The translations under genes were made by a program, and so were the position numbers. Below are positions 1 through 11,883 of a stretch of 40,948 nt of DNA, in pieces. The notes beneath the pieces were generated by a model. The model ran no database searches, was not told the DNA's origin, and was given only the letters and a program-made list of their open reading frames with translations. The DNA lies in NCBI GenBank assembly GCA_050747885.1, contig JBOGJO010000403.1:1-40948 (forward strand), written 5' to 3'. This DNA is from Thermoanaerobaculia bacterium. GTDB taxonomy: Bacteria > Acidobacteriota > Thermoanaerobaculia > UBA5066 > DATFVB01. Position 1 is the first letter of the stretch; each line of letters starts with the position of its first letter.

Positions 1-501
1 CGAATCTCCCTCGCGAAAATCGAAAGCAAGCTCGCCGGAGAGTTCGACGGCCACTTTCGTCTCAAGGACAAGATCGCGGGGGCCCGGAAACGATTCGACG
101 CCATCGTCATCGATACGCCTCCGACACTCGGGATGATCACAGTCAACGCGATGGTCGCCTCGTCCCACATCCTGATTCCGATTCAATCCTCGTTTTTCTC
201 TCTCGAGGGCACGGATGATCTTCTGGAGACGATCGAGAGGATCAAGGCGAGGCCGAACCCGAGTCTTCGGGTGCTGGGAGTTCTGATCACCCTGCATGAC
301 AAGCGGACCGTCATCGCGAAGGACGTGCAGGATCAGATTGGCCGCGTCTTCGGCGACAAGCTCTTCAAAACGATCATCACCAAGAGCGTGCGACTCGAGG
401 AGAGCCCGGCGCATCGGGAATCCATCTTTACGTTCGCGCCAAGGTCTTCCGGCGCGCTCGAGTATTACTCTCTTTCGGAGGAGGTCCTGGCCCGTGTCTA
501 A
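1..501 (+). CDS. parA: ParA/Soj-family partitioning ATPase, C-terminal part (5' end lies outside the window)
   Basis: Frame 1 is open from base 1. The translation ...FDAIVIDTPPTLGMITVNAMVASSHILIPIQSSFFSLEGTDDLLETIERIK...VLGVLITLHD is typical of ParA/MinD-type ATPases. parB follows directly. Confidence 0.9.
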   Translation, partial: RISLAKIESKLAGEFDGHFRLKDKIAGARKRFDAIVIDTPPTLGMITVNAMVASSHILIPIQSSFFSLEGTDDLLETIERIKARPNPSLRVLGVLITLHDKRTVIAKDVQDQIGRVFGDKLFKTIITKSVRLEESPAHRESIFTFAPRSSGALEYYSLSEEVLARV

Positions 502-1342
502 GCGTGGATTGCCGACTCAATCGAAGATGCGTCACGACGCCCACTTCGTCGACGCCCTGTCCGAGAGCTTCAGCGGAGCCATCGGAAAGCACCTTCCGGT
601 CAGCGCGATCGAAACGAACCCGGGTCAGCCAAGGCACAACGTCGGCGACCTGACCGAGCTAAAGGCCTCGATCGAAAGCAAGGGGATCCTGGAGCCGATT
701 CTCGTTCGTCCGATCGAATCGGGGAAGTTCCAGATCATCTCCGGCGAGCGGCGCTTTCGGGCCGCGATCGAAGCCGGACTCACGGAAATGCCGTGCATCG
801 AATTCGACGTTGAGGAAAACGAGGTGCTCGAGATTGCCTTGATCGAGAACCTCCACCGGAAAGACCTGACGCCCTTCGAAGAAGCCGAGGGCTTCCAGTC
901 CCTCATCGAGCGGTTCGAATACACTCACAATAGGGTTGCCGAAACGGTGGGGAAATCACGCGTCGGAATCACCGAGGTTCTCTCGCTGCTCCGAATTCCG
1001 GAAGACCTCCGCGACGAATGTCGGCGCGCCGACATTCCAAAATCCGCGTTGCTCGAAATTGCCCGCTGCGAGTCGCGAGAAAAGATGGAAGAGCTGTTGA
1101 TGGCTGTCCACGCAGGCGCCACGCGCGAAGACTTGCGGCGAAGCAAAAAGGCGGACTCAAAGACGGCCGAGGGCAATCGTCGGCCACGTCCGTTTCAGTT
1201 TCGGTACGCGCCGAAGGATTCTCCGTTTCGACTGAGCCTCGCGTTCAAAAAGAGCCGGATTGCGAAAGAAGAGGTCGTCGAAGCCCTCGAGAAAATCCTC
1301 GCAGAATTGAAAGCGGGGAATTTGGAACTCAAGAATCGGTAG
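494..1342 (+). CDS. parB: ParB/Spo0J chromosome partitioning protein
   Basis: Contains the ParB-box motif IISGERRFRAAIEAGL and an HTH-like segment NRVAETVGKSRVGITEVLSLLRIP. An in-frame GTG at 494 overlaps the parA stop by 8 nt and has GGAGGAGG about 9 nt upstream. The longer ORF from 296 would lie inside parA. An ATG near 527 is an alternative start. Confidence 0.85.
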   Translation: MSKRGLPTQSKMRHDAHFVDALSESFSGAIGKHLPVSAIETNPGQPRHNVGDLTELKASIESKGILEPILVRPIESGKFQIISGERRFRAAIEAGLTEMPCIEFDVEENEVLEIALIENLHRKDLTPFEEAEGFQSLIERFEYTHNRVAETVGKSRVGITEVLSLLRIPEDLRDECRRADIPKSALLEIARCESREKMEELLMAVHAGATREDLRRSKKADSKTAEGNRRPRPFQFRYAPKDSPFRLSLAFKKSRIAKEEVVEALEKILAELKAGNLELKNR

Positions 1343-1394
1343 GGGCGGAGAAGCCGGGAGTCAGATCTGTCCGGGCGACGCGTCCATTCGTTCG

Positions 1395-1423
1395 TTGCTA
1401 TTTAACATAATATACATTATCAG
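1395..1423 (+). promoter_or_regulatory. AT-rich putative sigma-70 promoter region upstream of the lptFG fusion
   Basis: This is the only strongly AT-rich stretch in the first 5 kb (ttgctatttaacataatatacattatcag). It reads TTGCTA-17 nt-TATCAG and contains the near-palindrome ataatatacattat (1407-1420, 12 of 14 self-complementary). Confidence 0.3.
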
Positions 1424-1476
1424 ACGTAATAAACCGAGACCGCTCGGATGTTAGACTCGATGCCGAGGACCGACCG

Positions 1477-3780
1477 TTGCGCCTGATCTCGAAAAACGTC
1501 CTGCGCGAGATCGTCCCGCCCTCCCTTCTCGGTCTCGCGGCGTACACGTTCCTCCTGCTCCTGCGATCGATCCTGCAGCTTTCCGACTTCTTCGTTCGGC
1601 GAGGGGTTCCGGCCGCGACCATTGCGGAGCTCCTCCTGCTGACCCTTCCTCAGATCCTCGTTCTCACCGTTCCCATGGCGTTCCTGTTCGGAATTCTCAT
1701 CGGGATCGGCAGGATGTCAGGCGATTCAGAAATCATCGCGCTTCGGTCGTCGGGAGTTTCCCGTTGGGCGATCTTCCGTCCGGTCGCGGCTCTTGCCCTC
1801 GTGCTGGCCGCGCTGGTGTCCCTTCTGAGTATCTGGGGATACCCCCTGGCGAACGATCGGCTCGATCGGCTTCAAAATAAATTGTTCGCTTCGGCGGCTC
1901 TCGACATGGTCAAGCCCCGGGTTTTCGCCACTCCCCGGACCGATTGGGACTGGGTTCTGTTTGCCGACCGCGACGCTCCCGGAGGGGGCTGGCGCGGCGT
2001 CTTCCTCGATGACCGGTCCGACCCGGCCCAGGACCGCGTGATCCTGGCCCGCGAGGGCCGTTTTCGAATCGAAGGAGACCGCCTCTGGCTCGACCTCAAG
2101 GATGCCGTCCAGCACCTGACGCAAAGGAACGATCCGAAGAGCTACAGCCAGAGCCGGAACGTCCTTTTCAGCATCCTCATTCACGAAACGCCCCGCCGGC
2201 GACCGGGGACCTCCGTGGCATCGGAAAAAGGGCTGCGCCTCCAGACCCTGCCCGAGCTCGTCGAGACCGCGCGCCGGGAGCGACGCCTGTTTCCGGAACG
2301 GTACCGGCTCGCTCGGGTGGAGATCCACAAGAAGTTCGCCATCCCCGTCGCATGCGTCGTGTTTGCGCTCGTGGGCGTCCCTCTCGGAATCACGAATCGA
2401 CGCGGGGGAAAGGGCAGCGGCTTTGCCCTTTCGATCGGGATCATCCTCGGGTACTACCTGTTGTTCAACACGGGAGAGAACTGGGCGAAAGACGGCCGCA
2501 TCTCGCCGGCGCTCTCGATGTGGCTCCCCAACGTCCTCCTGGCCCTCCTCGGCGCCTCTCTCTTCCTCAGGAAGGAGGAGGAGAGGCGAAGCCTGCGGGA
2601 AAGGGTCGTCACCTGGCTCAAATCTTCCCTCTCGAACAGGGGCGCGCGATCCCGGACCGATTCGCGGCCCACCTTCTTCTCGGGGCTGAGCCGTTTTCCC
2701 GCCCGGGTGGACCGCTACATCCTCTCCCCTTTTCTCGCGGCTCTCGTCGCGATCTATGCCACCGTCGCGTTTCTCTACGTCATCGTCGATTACTCGGACC
2801 ACGCCGACGACATTCTGAAGAGGCACATTCCCGCCGTGGTCGTCAATTCCTATTACCGGGCGCTTCTTCTCCCGATCGCCGTTCAGATCCTCCCCTTCTG
2901 TGTCCTCCTCGCGGCCCTGATCGCGCTCGGAGCCCTCTCCCGGCACAACGAGGACACGGCGTTTCTCGCGAGCGGAGTTCCACTGTTCCGGCTCGGGGTC
3001 CCCATCCTCTTCTTCTCGGTTGCGGCGGCGGGCGCGGCCTATGTGTGCGGAGAGTACTTTCTTCCCTCCGCGAATCAGCGCATGCACCGGGAGCTCGACC
3101 GGATCAAAGGGCGCTCGGAACGCCCGCCGGCGGCGCAAGCGGGAGGGACCTGGGTTCTCGGCGGCGAGGGACGCCGGATCTGGAACTTCGACGGCTACGA
3201 TCCCGTTTCCCGGCGGCTCTGGCAGCCGTCGGTCTTCGAGTTCAACACGGACTTTCAGATGGTGCGCCGGGTCAGCGGGCATTCGGCGCGCTGGGACGGC
3301 CACCGGTGGCTGTTCGATTCCGGATGGGAGCGCACGTTCCGGGGTCCGGTCGAGAGCCTTTTCCGCGAGTTTCAGGAGGCCCCCGAGGTGGACGGCGACC
3401 CTCCGCGCCTCTTCGCTTCCCTGCGTCAGCGTCCCGACGAGATGCGATATCGAGCTCTGGCTCGATACGTCGACCGGCTCGGGAAGACCGGGTATCCGGT
3501 CGCGCCGCTTGCCACGGCGCTCGCGGCGAAGCCCGCCTCGGCGGCGCAAACGATCGTGCTCGGCCTCCTTGCCGTTCCCTTCGCGTTCACCATCGGAAAG
3601 CGCGGGGCCCTCACGGGTGTGGGCGTCGGCCTCGCGTGCGGGATGCTGTTTCTCATCCTCGCCGCCTTCTTCACGAAGCTCGGCGAGGTGGGATCCTTGC
3701 CGCCCGCCCTCGCGGCATGGTCGCCGGACCTGATCTTTTCGCTGTTTGCGGCCTACCGGCTCACGCGCCTCCGGACGTAG
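1477..3780 (+). CDS. LptF/LptG (YjgP/YjgQ) family permease; two complete permease modules fused in one 767-aa ORF
   Basis: TTG start. The N-terminal module begins MRLISKNVLREIVPPSLLGLAAYTFLLLL...GDSEIIALRSSGVS. A basic linker follows (RKEEERRSLRERVVTWLKSSLSNRGARSRTDSRP...). The second module begins VDRYILSPFLAALVAIYATVAFLYVIVDY...HNEDTAFLASGVP. There is no in-frame stop between the modules. Confidence 0.8.
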   Translation: MRLISKNVLREIVPPSLLGLAAYTFLLLLRSILQLSDFFVRRGVPAATIAELLLLTLPQILVLTVPMAFLFGILIGIGRMSGDSEIIALRSSGVSRWAIFRPVAALALVLAALVSLLSIWGYPLANDRLDRLQNKLFASAALDMVKPRVFATPRTDWDWVLFADRDAPGGGWRGVFLDDRSDPAQDRVILAREGRFRIEGDRLWLDLKDAVQHLTQRNDPKSYSQSRNVLFSILIHETPRRRPGTSVASEKGLRLQTLPELVETARRERRLFPERYRLARVEIHKKFAIPVACVVFALVGVPLGITNRRGGKGSGFALSIGIILGYYLLFNTGENWAKDGRISPALSMWLPNVLLALLGASLFLRKEEERRSLRERVVTWLKSSLSNRGARSRTDSRPTFFSGLSRFPARVDRYILSPFLAALVAIYATVAFLYVIVDYSDHADDILKRHIPAVVVNSYYRALLLPIAVQILPFCVLLAALIALGALSRHNEDTAFLASGVPLFRLGVPILFFSVAAAGAAYVCGEYFLPSANQRMHRELDRIKGRSERPPAAQAGGTWVLGGEGRRIWNFDGYDPVSRRLWQPSVFEFNTDFQMVRRVSGHSARWDGHRWLFDSGWERTFRGPVESLFREFQEAPEVDGDPPRLFASLRQRPDEMRYRALARYVDRLGKTGYPVAPLATALAAKPASAAQTIVLGLLAVPFAFTIGKRGALTGVGVGLACGMLFLILAAFFTKLGEVGSLPPALAAWSPDLIFSLFAAYRLTRLRT

Positions 3781-3787
3781 GGAGACG

Positions 3788-3815
3788 CCGGGGGGCAAAC
3801 GAGATTGCCGCCCGG
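3788..3815. terminator. Hairpin between convergent lptFG and ahcY; putative bidirectional terminator
   Basis: ccggggggcaa-acgaga-ttgccgcccgg has 11-nt arms with one mismatch and a 6-nt loop. It sits in the 38-nt gap between the two stop codons. No clear U-tract. Confidence 0.45.
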
Positions 3816-3818
3816 AGA

Positions 3819-6414
<2,596 letters not shown>

Positions 6415-6418
<4 letters not shown>

Positions 6419-8181
6419 TCCTCGGCGCGACCCTCTCCCGAAGGGGCCGACCTCGGGGAAAGGTCCCGTAGAAGGTCCAGGACCGCAGGACCGGGCAGGG
6501 CCCGGCTGAAAAGAAAACCCTGCATCTCACCGCAGCCCCTCTTGAGCAGGAGATCCCTCTGGGCGAGCGTTTCGACTCCTTCCGCAAGGACCCGAAGCCG
6601 AAGCGCGCGAGCCATGTGAACGATGGCCCCGACGATCGCCTCGTCGACAGAGCTTTCGGGAAGGTCCCGAACGAAGGACTGGTCGATCTTGAGCGTCTGA
6701 ACGGGCAGATGCTTCACGTAGCTCAACGAGGAATGGCCGGTGCCGAAGTCGTCGATCGCGATTCGGATTCCGAGCCCGCGAAGAGCGGAAAAGAGGGCGC
6801 GGCTTTGCGACAGGTCCTGCATCGCGACGCTTTCGGTCACCTCGAGCTCCAGCGACCGCGCGGGAAGCCGAGAGTCGGTCAGTGCGCGCGTGACCGAATC
6901 GATCACTCCTCCCGCCTGGATCTGGCGGGGTGAAAGATTTACCGCGACGGACACATCCGTGAACCCGGCATCGTGCCACGAGCGGGCCTCCCGGCAGGCA
7001 CGCTCGAGCACCCGGGCGCCGAGGGCGATGATGACGTCGGACTCTTCGGCCACGGCCATGAAAGACCCCGGCAAAACCACCTGCCCACCCGGCCGGTTCC
7101 ACCGGACCAGCGCTTCGAAGCCGGTGATCTCCCCCGTCTTGACCCGAATTTGCGGCTGGTAGTAAACCTCGAATTCGTCACTTCGCAAGGCCTCTTTCAG
7201 TTCTGCTTCCAGAAGCAGCTTCTGGATCGCCTGGGCATGGATCGAGGGGGTGTAGATTTGACAGTTGTTGCGTCCGGCTTCTTTCGCGCGGTTCATGGCG
7301 GCGTCGGCGTTCCGGAGCAGACTTTCCTGGTCGCTGCCGTCTTCCGGAAAGAGGCTGATTCCCACGCTGGCGCTCACTGCGATCTCGCGGCTCCCGAGGA
7401 CAAACGGCGCGCCGATCGAGTCGAGAACTTTCCTTCCCACTTTGATGGCGTCTTCGCCGGTCGAGGTCTCCAGAAGAAGGATGATGAATTCGTCTCCGCC
7501 CAGCCGGGCGACCGTGTCGATTTTGCGGATGGAGTCGGCCAGGCGGGCCGCCACAGCCTGAAGCAGAAGGTCCCCGATCTCGTGGCCATGGTGGTCGTTG
7601 ACGAGCTTGAAATGATCGAGGTCGCAGAACAGCACGGCAAGCCCGCGATTCTTCCGTCGGGCCTGCTCCAGGGCGAGATCGAGGCGGTCCCGGAACAGCT
7701 TCCGTGTCGGAAGCCCGGTGAGACTGTCGTGGTAGAGCTGGTGATCGAGCGCTCTCTCCGCCGCGACATGCTCGTGGAGCTCGATGAGCGCCCCTTCCAG
7801 GATCTGTTCCTCCCCCTCGCCCGTCACCGAGTAATTGCCAAGGACGAGAAGGGTGGCGCCGTCGCGCCGGATCGCCCGTGATCGCAAATTCGTCGCCGTG
7901 CCACTCCCGCGGACCGCCTCCACCACGCGTTCCCGGTCGGCTTCCACGAGAAACCGTCCTGCGGACGGCGAGGCGATGGCCTCCCGCGCCGACGTGTATC
8001 CGAAGGTCCGCGCAAACGCTTCGTTGCATTCGGTCAGTCGCCCCCGGGAATCGGTCCGGAACACCGCCGCGAGGTTCTCGTCGAAGAGAATCTCAAAGCG
8101 GCCGGCCGCCGGGCGCCCGCCGGACTGTCCGGAGGCGGGGAATTTCCCGGTTTTCAACTCGGAGCCATTTCGCACGTCCAA
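6415..8181 (-). CDS. PAS-GGDEF-EAL signalling protein (c-di-GMP turnover)
   Basis: PAS-like segment FEILFDENLAAVFRTDSRGRLTECNEAFARTFGY. Intact GGDEF motif (RLGGDEFIILL). EAL domain present (EALVRW ... DDFGTGHSSLSYVKHLP ... KIDQSFV). Start is uncertain. The track ORF from 8301 would overlap the upstream gene by 116 nt, so an in-frame TTG at 8181 or GTG at 8175, just after that gene's stop, is preferred. Confidence 0.85.
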
Positions 8182-8185
8182 CGAT

Positions 8186-8476
8186 TCAGTCGAGGTCGAT
8201 GTCGCGAACCGGTTTGGACGTGTCGGATTGGGCCTTTTTGAAGAGCTCCTCGAACTTCTTTTCCAGAACGTCCTTCTTGCTCTTTTCGGATTCCAGCGCA
8301 ACTTTGAATTTCGCGTCGCGCTCCCGGTCCTGGGTTCGGAGGTGTCCCATGGCGGCGTCGAGGTTTTCGAAGGTCTTTGCCTCCGGCGGCTTCGACGAAT
8401 CGATGACCGCTTTCAGGTCCGTGTCAATCTTCAGCCGTGAGTGGCATTGAGGACAAAGCGTCTCAAACTCCGCCAT
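8186..8476 (-). CDS. Small hypothetical protein: one N-terminal CxxC(H) motif and a Lys/Glu-rich helical tail
   Basis: 96 aa, MAEFETLCPQCHSRLKIDTDLK...KFKVALESEKSKKDVLEKKFEELFKKAQ. Composition looks coding. It fills the gap between the S4 protein and the GGDEF-EAL gene on the same strand. No family recognised. Confidence 0.55.
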   Translation of the reverse strand: MAEFETLCPQCHSRLKIDTDLKAVIDSSKPPEAKTFENLDAAMGHLRTQDRERDAKFKVALESEKSKKDVLEKKFEELFKKAQSDTSKPVRDIDLD

Positions 8477-8485
8477 CTCGTCATT

Positions 8486-8899
8486 CTACTCCGGCTGTCC
8501 GCGCCTTCCGCCCTCCTTGAGCCTTCGAAGAGAACGGCGGGCCCTCGAGTCGGGGCGCCCGGACTGAACGGGCCTCGAAAGCCGCTCGAAGCGTCTTGCT
8601 TCGATCTCTTCGGGCGACGGCGCGGGCGTGAGGTCCTCGTACAAAGCCCGCGCCGCGGCCTTCCGCACCGAGGTCCCGCACGTGGCGGCCACCCGGACGA
8701 TCCGGCGCCTGCCGGCCGGAAGGGAGACCGTGACGAGATCTCCCGGACGGACGAGCTTGTGCGGCTTTCCCCTCGCGCCGTTGACCTCCACTTTGCCCCC
8801 GCTGCACGCCTGCGCCGCGGCGGATCGGGTCTTGAAGAGGCACGTGACGTCGAGCCAGGCGTCCAGCCGCTGCGGATCCTTCCCCGGTGCCTGTTCCAA
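8486..8899 (-). CDS. hslR: S4-domain RNA-binding protein, Hsp15 (HslR)-like
   Basis: RLDAWLDVTCLFKTRSAAAQACSGGKVEVNGARGKPHKLVRPGDLVTV is a typical S4/Hsp15 fold signature, followed by a basic tail. An in-frame TTG at 8899 gives 137 aa. The 226-aa track ORF would extend through the divergent kinase start. Confidence 0.7.
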   Translation of the reverse strand: MEQAPGKDPQRLDAWLDVTCLFKTRSAAAQACSGGKVEVNGARGKPHKLVRPGDLVTVSLPAGRRRIVRVAATCGTSVRKAAARALYEDLTPAPSPEEIEARRFERLSRPVQSGRPDSRARRSLRRLKEGGRRGQPE

Positions 8900-8942
8900 G
8901 GTCTCCGGATCATACCCGGGAACGCGCCGTCGATTCGCTAGA

Positions 8943-10406
8943 ATGGCCGGCGTGAACGTGCGGATTCTGTCCCTCCGATTTCGAACGAAGCTCGCCCTCG
9001 CGATGCTTCTCATTTTCGTTCTGACGCTCGCCGTCCTCTTCGCGGTCGACACCTTCAACGAGCGCCGCTCGATCGACGAGTTCGAGAACACGATGGACGC
9101 CGTGACGAAAGCGATCGAAGTCGCCTCTGACCAAGCGCAGATCTCGACGACGGGCGAGATCGACACCGAGGTGCTCCAGGACTACGCGGAAAAACTCCGC
9201 CTTCGGGGGGTCCGGGAGATCCAGATCTTGAACCCGGAACGCACGGTGATCGCGTCTTCGCGCGCCAACGAAAAGCGTTCGCGCATCCGGCGCAAGCCCG
9301 AGGACATCTCGATCAAGGGAACCATCGGCGCGGAGACCGAGTCGAGCGCGCCGAAGCGGGAATACAAGCTCATCATGCCCATCATTTCGCAGAACCAGAA
9401 AGTCGGCTACGTGACCGTCGACCTGCTCCTCGACGACTACGAGTCCATCATCAAGCAGAATTTCGAGCGCCGCGCGATTGCCGTGGCGGTCATGTTCGCC
9501 GTGGGAATCGTTTTTCTCCTCCTTCTAACACGAAATTTCACCCAGCCCATCGGCAAGCTCTCCCGGGCGGCGGAGCGAGTGGCGGCCGGCAATCTGGACG
9601 CCCGGGTCGAGTCGCATCGGAACGACGATCTGGGAGCTCTCGTGGCGACCTGGAACGAGATGGTCAAACGCCTGCAAGAACAGCGCGCACTCGAATCCCG
9701 GCTCGCCGCCGCGGAGAGGAGGGCGTCGCTCGGGCATCTCGCTTCGGGGATTGCGCACGAAATTCGCAACCCCCTCAACACGATCGCGCTCGCCGTCGAT
9801 TATCTTCGCCGCCGATTTCTTCCTTCGGGGTCGGAAGACCGGCGCGAATTCGAGGAGACGGCGGAGAGCCTTCGCGACGAGATCGGCCGGTTGAACTCGC
9901 TCATTTCGAATTTTCTGACCTACGGGAAGCCGATGCGCCTGAGCCCGGCGATCTTCGATGTCGCGGAGCTCGCGAGGTCGGTTGCCCGCGAGCTGGAGCC
10001 GGAGGCCGCCCGCCGGCAGATTCGAATCCTCGTGGAAGGCGATGGAGAGGAGATTTCGGCGGATCGGGACCTTCTCAAAGCCGCGTTTCTGAACGTGGCT
10101 CTCAACGCGGTTCAGATGATGGCTTCGGGAGGGACGCTTCGGGTCGGGATCGATCGGAACGACGACTCCGTGAGCGTACGCTTCGACGATTCCGGCCCCG
10201 GCATCGATCCGGCTCATCTCACGAAGATATTCGAGCCCTATTTCTCGACTCGCGATGCCGGCGTCGGTCTGGGCCTCGCCATGACGAGGAAGATCGTGAA
10301 CGACCATGGAGGAGAACTGACGGCCGTGAATCTGCCGCAGGGAGGGTGCCGGTTCGAATTCGTGCTTCCCCGGACGAGCGTGGCGGCCCAGCCGGTGACC
10401 GCGTGA
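8943..10406 (+). CDS. Sensor histidine kinase (TM-HAMP-HisKA-HATPase_c)
   Basis: N-terminal TM segment (LALAMLLIFVLTLAVLFAV) and a second TM followed by HAMP (PIGKLSRAAERVAAGNLDARVESHRNDDLGALVATWNEMV). H-box LASGIAHEIRNPLN, N-box LNVALNAVQMM, and G-boxes DDSGPGI and GVGLGLAM. Start taken at ATG 8943; the track ORF from 8628 is antisense to the S4 gene. Confidence 0.9.
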   Translation: MAGVNVRILSLRFRTKLALAMLLIFVLTLAVLFAVDTFNERRSIDEFENTMDAVTKAIEVASDQAQISTTGEIDTEVLQDYAEKLRLRGVREIQILNPERTVIASSRANEKRSRIRRKPEDISIKGTIGAETESSAPKREYKLIMPIISQNQKVGYVTVDLLLDDYESIIKQNFERRAIAVAVMFAVGIVFLLLLTRNFTQPIGKLSRAAERVAAGNLDARVESHRNDDLGALVATWNEMVKRLQEQRALESRLAAAERRASLGHLASGIAHEIRNPLNTIALAVDYLRRRFLPSGSEDRREFEETAESLRDEIGRLNSLISNFLTYGKPMRLSPAIFDVAELARSVARELEPEAARRQIRILVEGDGEEISADRDLLKAAFLNVALNAVQMMASGGTLRVGIDRNDDSVSVRFDDSGPGIDPAHLTKIFEPYFSTRDAGVGLGLAMTRKIVNDHGGELTAVNLPQGGCRFEFVLPRTSVAAQPVTA

Positions 10407-11782
10407 AATCCGGGAAGGGAACCGTCCTGCTCGTCGAGGACGAGAAGCCGGCGCTCGATTTGCTGAAAAAAATTCTCGAAGCCGAGGGGCTCGTGGTGAT
10501 TCCCGCCGAGAACGGGCGAGTGGCGCTCGACCGCCTGGAAGAGTCGATCGTCGACGTGATCGTGACGGACCTTCTGATGCCCGTCATGACGGGCACGGAT
10601 CTCCTCGCCCATCTCGAGGCGCTCCCCGACCCACCTCCCGTCATCGTCGTGACCGCTCACGGGTCGAAGGAAGCCGGTCGGGAGCTCGTGAACCGGATGG
10701 GAGCGTACGACTATCTGTCCAAGCCCTTCCAGCCGGACGACCTCATCCTCAAGATCGAGCGGGCCGTGGAAATGCGCGCGATGCGCGAGGCGAATCGGGT
10801 GCTTTCCGGGCAGCTCAAGGGGCGGGTGTCCCTCGATTCTCTCGTGGGCGAATCCGAATCGATGCAGAACGTTTTCAAGCTCGTCCTGAAAATCGCGCGA
10901 TCCTCGACGACCGTGCTGATCCGGGGTGAGTCCGGCACCGGGAAGGAGTTGATCGCTCGCGCCATCCACCGGAGAAGCCGGCGCGCCGCGAACACGTTTT
11001 TCGACATCAATTGCGCCGCCATTCCGGAAACGCTCCTCGAGTCCGAGTTGTTCGGATACGAGCGCGGCGCCTTCACCGGCGCCGACCGGCGCAAGATCGG
11101 CCTTTTCGAGGCGGCGACCGGCTCCACCCTCTTTCTCGACGAGATCGGCGACCTCTCCCTTTCTCTCCAGGGCAAAATCCTGCGCGCTCTCCAGGAGAAG
11201 GAAATTCGACGGCTCGGCGGGAACGAGTCGGTCCCGGTGGATGTCCGGGTGCTGGCGGCCACGAACCGAGAGCTCGAGGAAATGATCAGCGCGGGAAGCT
11301 TTCGAAAGGACCTGTACTACCGGCTCAACATCCTTCCCATCTTCCTGCCCCCTCTCCGAGAGCGCAGGGAGGACATTCCGCTTCTGGCCGAGCGTTTCGT
11401 CCGGCGTTTTGCTTCGGAGCACGGAAAACCGACCGCGTCGCTGGACCCGAGCGCTCTTCGGGCCCTCCAGGCCTACGACTGGCCCGGAAACGTCCGGGAG
11501 CTCGAGTCGATCCTCGAAAGGGCGGTGCTCCTTTCCGAGCAGGATTCCCTTCGCGTGTCCGATCTCTCGTCTCAGCTTTCGCGAGCCCGAACGGCCGCCG
11601 AATCGATCGGTGTCGAGATCCCGCCGGAGGGCATCGACATTGAAGAGGTCGAGCGCTCCCTTCTCCTGCAGGCGATGCAGAAGTCCGACTGGGTGATCGC
11701 GCGCGCGGCGAAGCTGCTCCATCTGACCTATCGCACGATGCAATACCGCCTGGAGAAATTCGGCATTAAAAAGCCGGAATGA
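10403..11782 (+). CDS. Sigma-54-dependent response regulator (NtrC family: REC-AAA+-Fis HTH)
   Basis: REC domain (VLLVEDEKPALDLL...VIVTDLLMP). Walker A GESGTGKE. Intact sigma-54 contact loop GAFTGA (ERGAFTGADRRK). WPGNVRELE. C-terminal HTH AAKLLHLTYRTMQYRLEKFGI. A GTG at 10403 overlaps the kinase stop (GTGA). Confidence 0.92.
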   Translation: MKSGKGTVLLVEDEKPALDLLKKILEAEGLVVIPAENGRVALDRLEESIVDVIVTDLLMPVMTGTDLLAHLEALPDPPPVIVVTAHGSKEAGRELVNRMGAYDYLSKPFQPDDLILKIERAVEMRAMREANRVLSGQLKGRVSLDSLVGESESMQNVFKLVLKIARSSTTVLIRGESGTGKELIARAIHRRSRRAANTFFDINCAAIPETLLESELFGYERGAFTGADRRKIGLFEAATGSTLFLDEIGDLSLSLQGKILRALQEKEIRRLGGNESVPVDVRVLAATNRELEEMISAGSFRKDLYYRLNILPIFLPPLRERREDIPLLAERFVRRFASEHGKPTASLDPSALRALQAYDWPGNVRELESILERAVLLSEQDSLRVSDLSSQLSRARTAAESIGVEIPPEGIDIEEVERSLLLQAMQKSDWVIARAAKLLHLTYRTMQYRLEKFGIKKPE

Positions 11783-11855
11783 CGCATTTGGGACGGTGGG
11801 TATCCCAAAAGGGAGATCCGGACGCCCGAACTTCCGGTTTTCGGGACTTTCCCGC

Positions 11856-11871
11856 TGGCACTCGATTCGCA
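11856..11871 (+). promoter_or_regulatory. Sigma-54 (-24/-12) promoter
   Basis: TGGCAC-tcgat-TCGCA compared with the consensus TGGCAC-N5-TTGCW: the GG and GC dinucleotides are correctly spaced, with one mismatch. It lies in the AT3-rich non-coding gap directly downstream of the NtrC-type regulator, 13 nt upstream of ATG 11884. Confidence 0.6.
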
Positions 11872-11883
11872 GTGGAGCGGCAT

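Noticed and set aside
296-493. Longer ParB ORF starting at 296
   Set aside because: The first 66 codons lie entirely inside parA in another frame. The in-frame GTG at 494 has an upstream GGAGGAGG and gives a normal-length ParB.
10348-10360. ggttcgaattc, resembling a tRNA T-arm (GGTTCGAATCC)
   Set aside because: It lies inside the histidine kinase CDS. No acceptor, D or anticodon stems can be built around it.
11779-11883. ATG 11779 (an ATGA overlap with the regulator stop) as the start of the small secreted protein
   Set aside because: The 35 extra codons have many A/T third positions, unlike all confident genes here. They would also place a sigma-54 promoter match inside the CDS. ATG 11884 gives a clean signal peptide.
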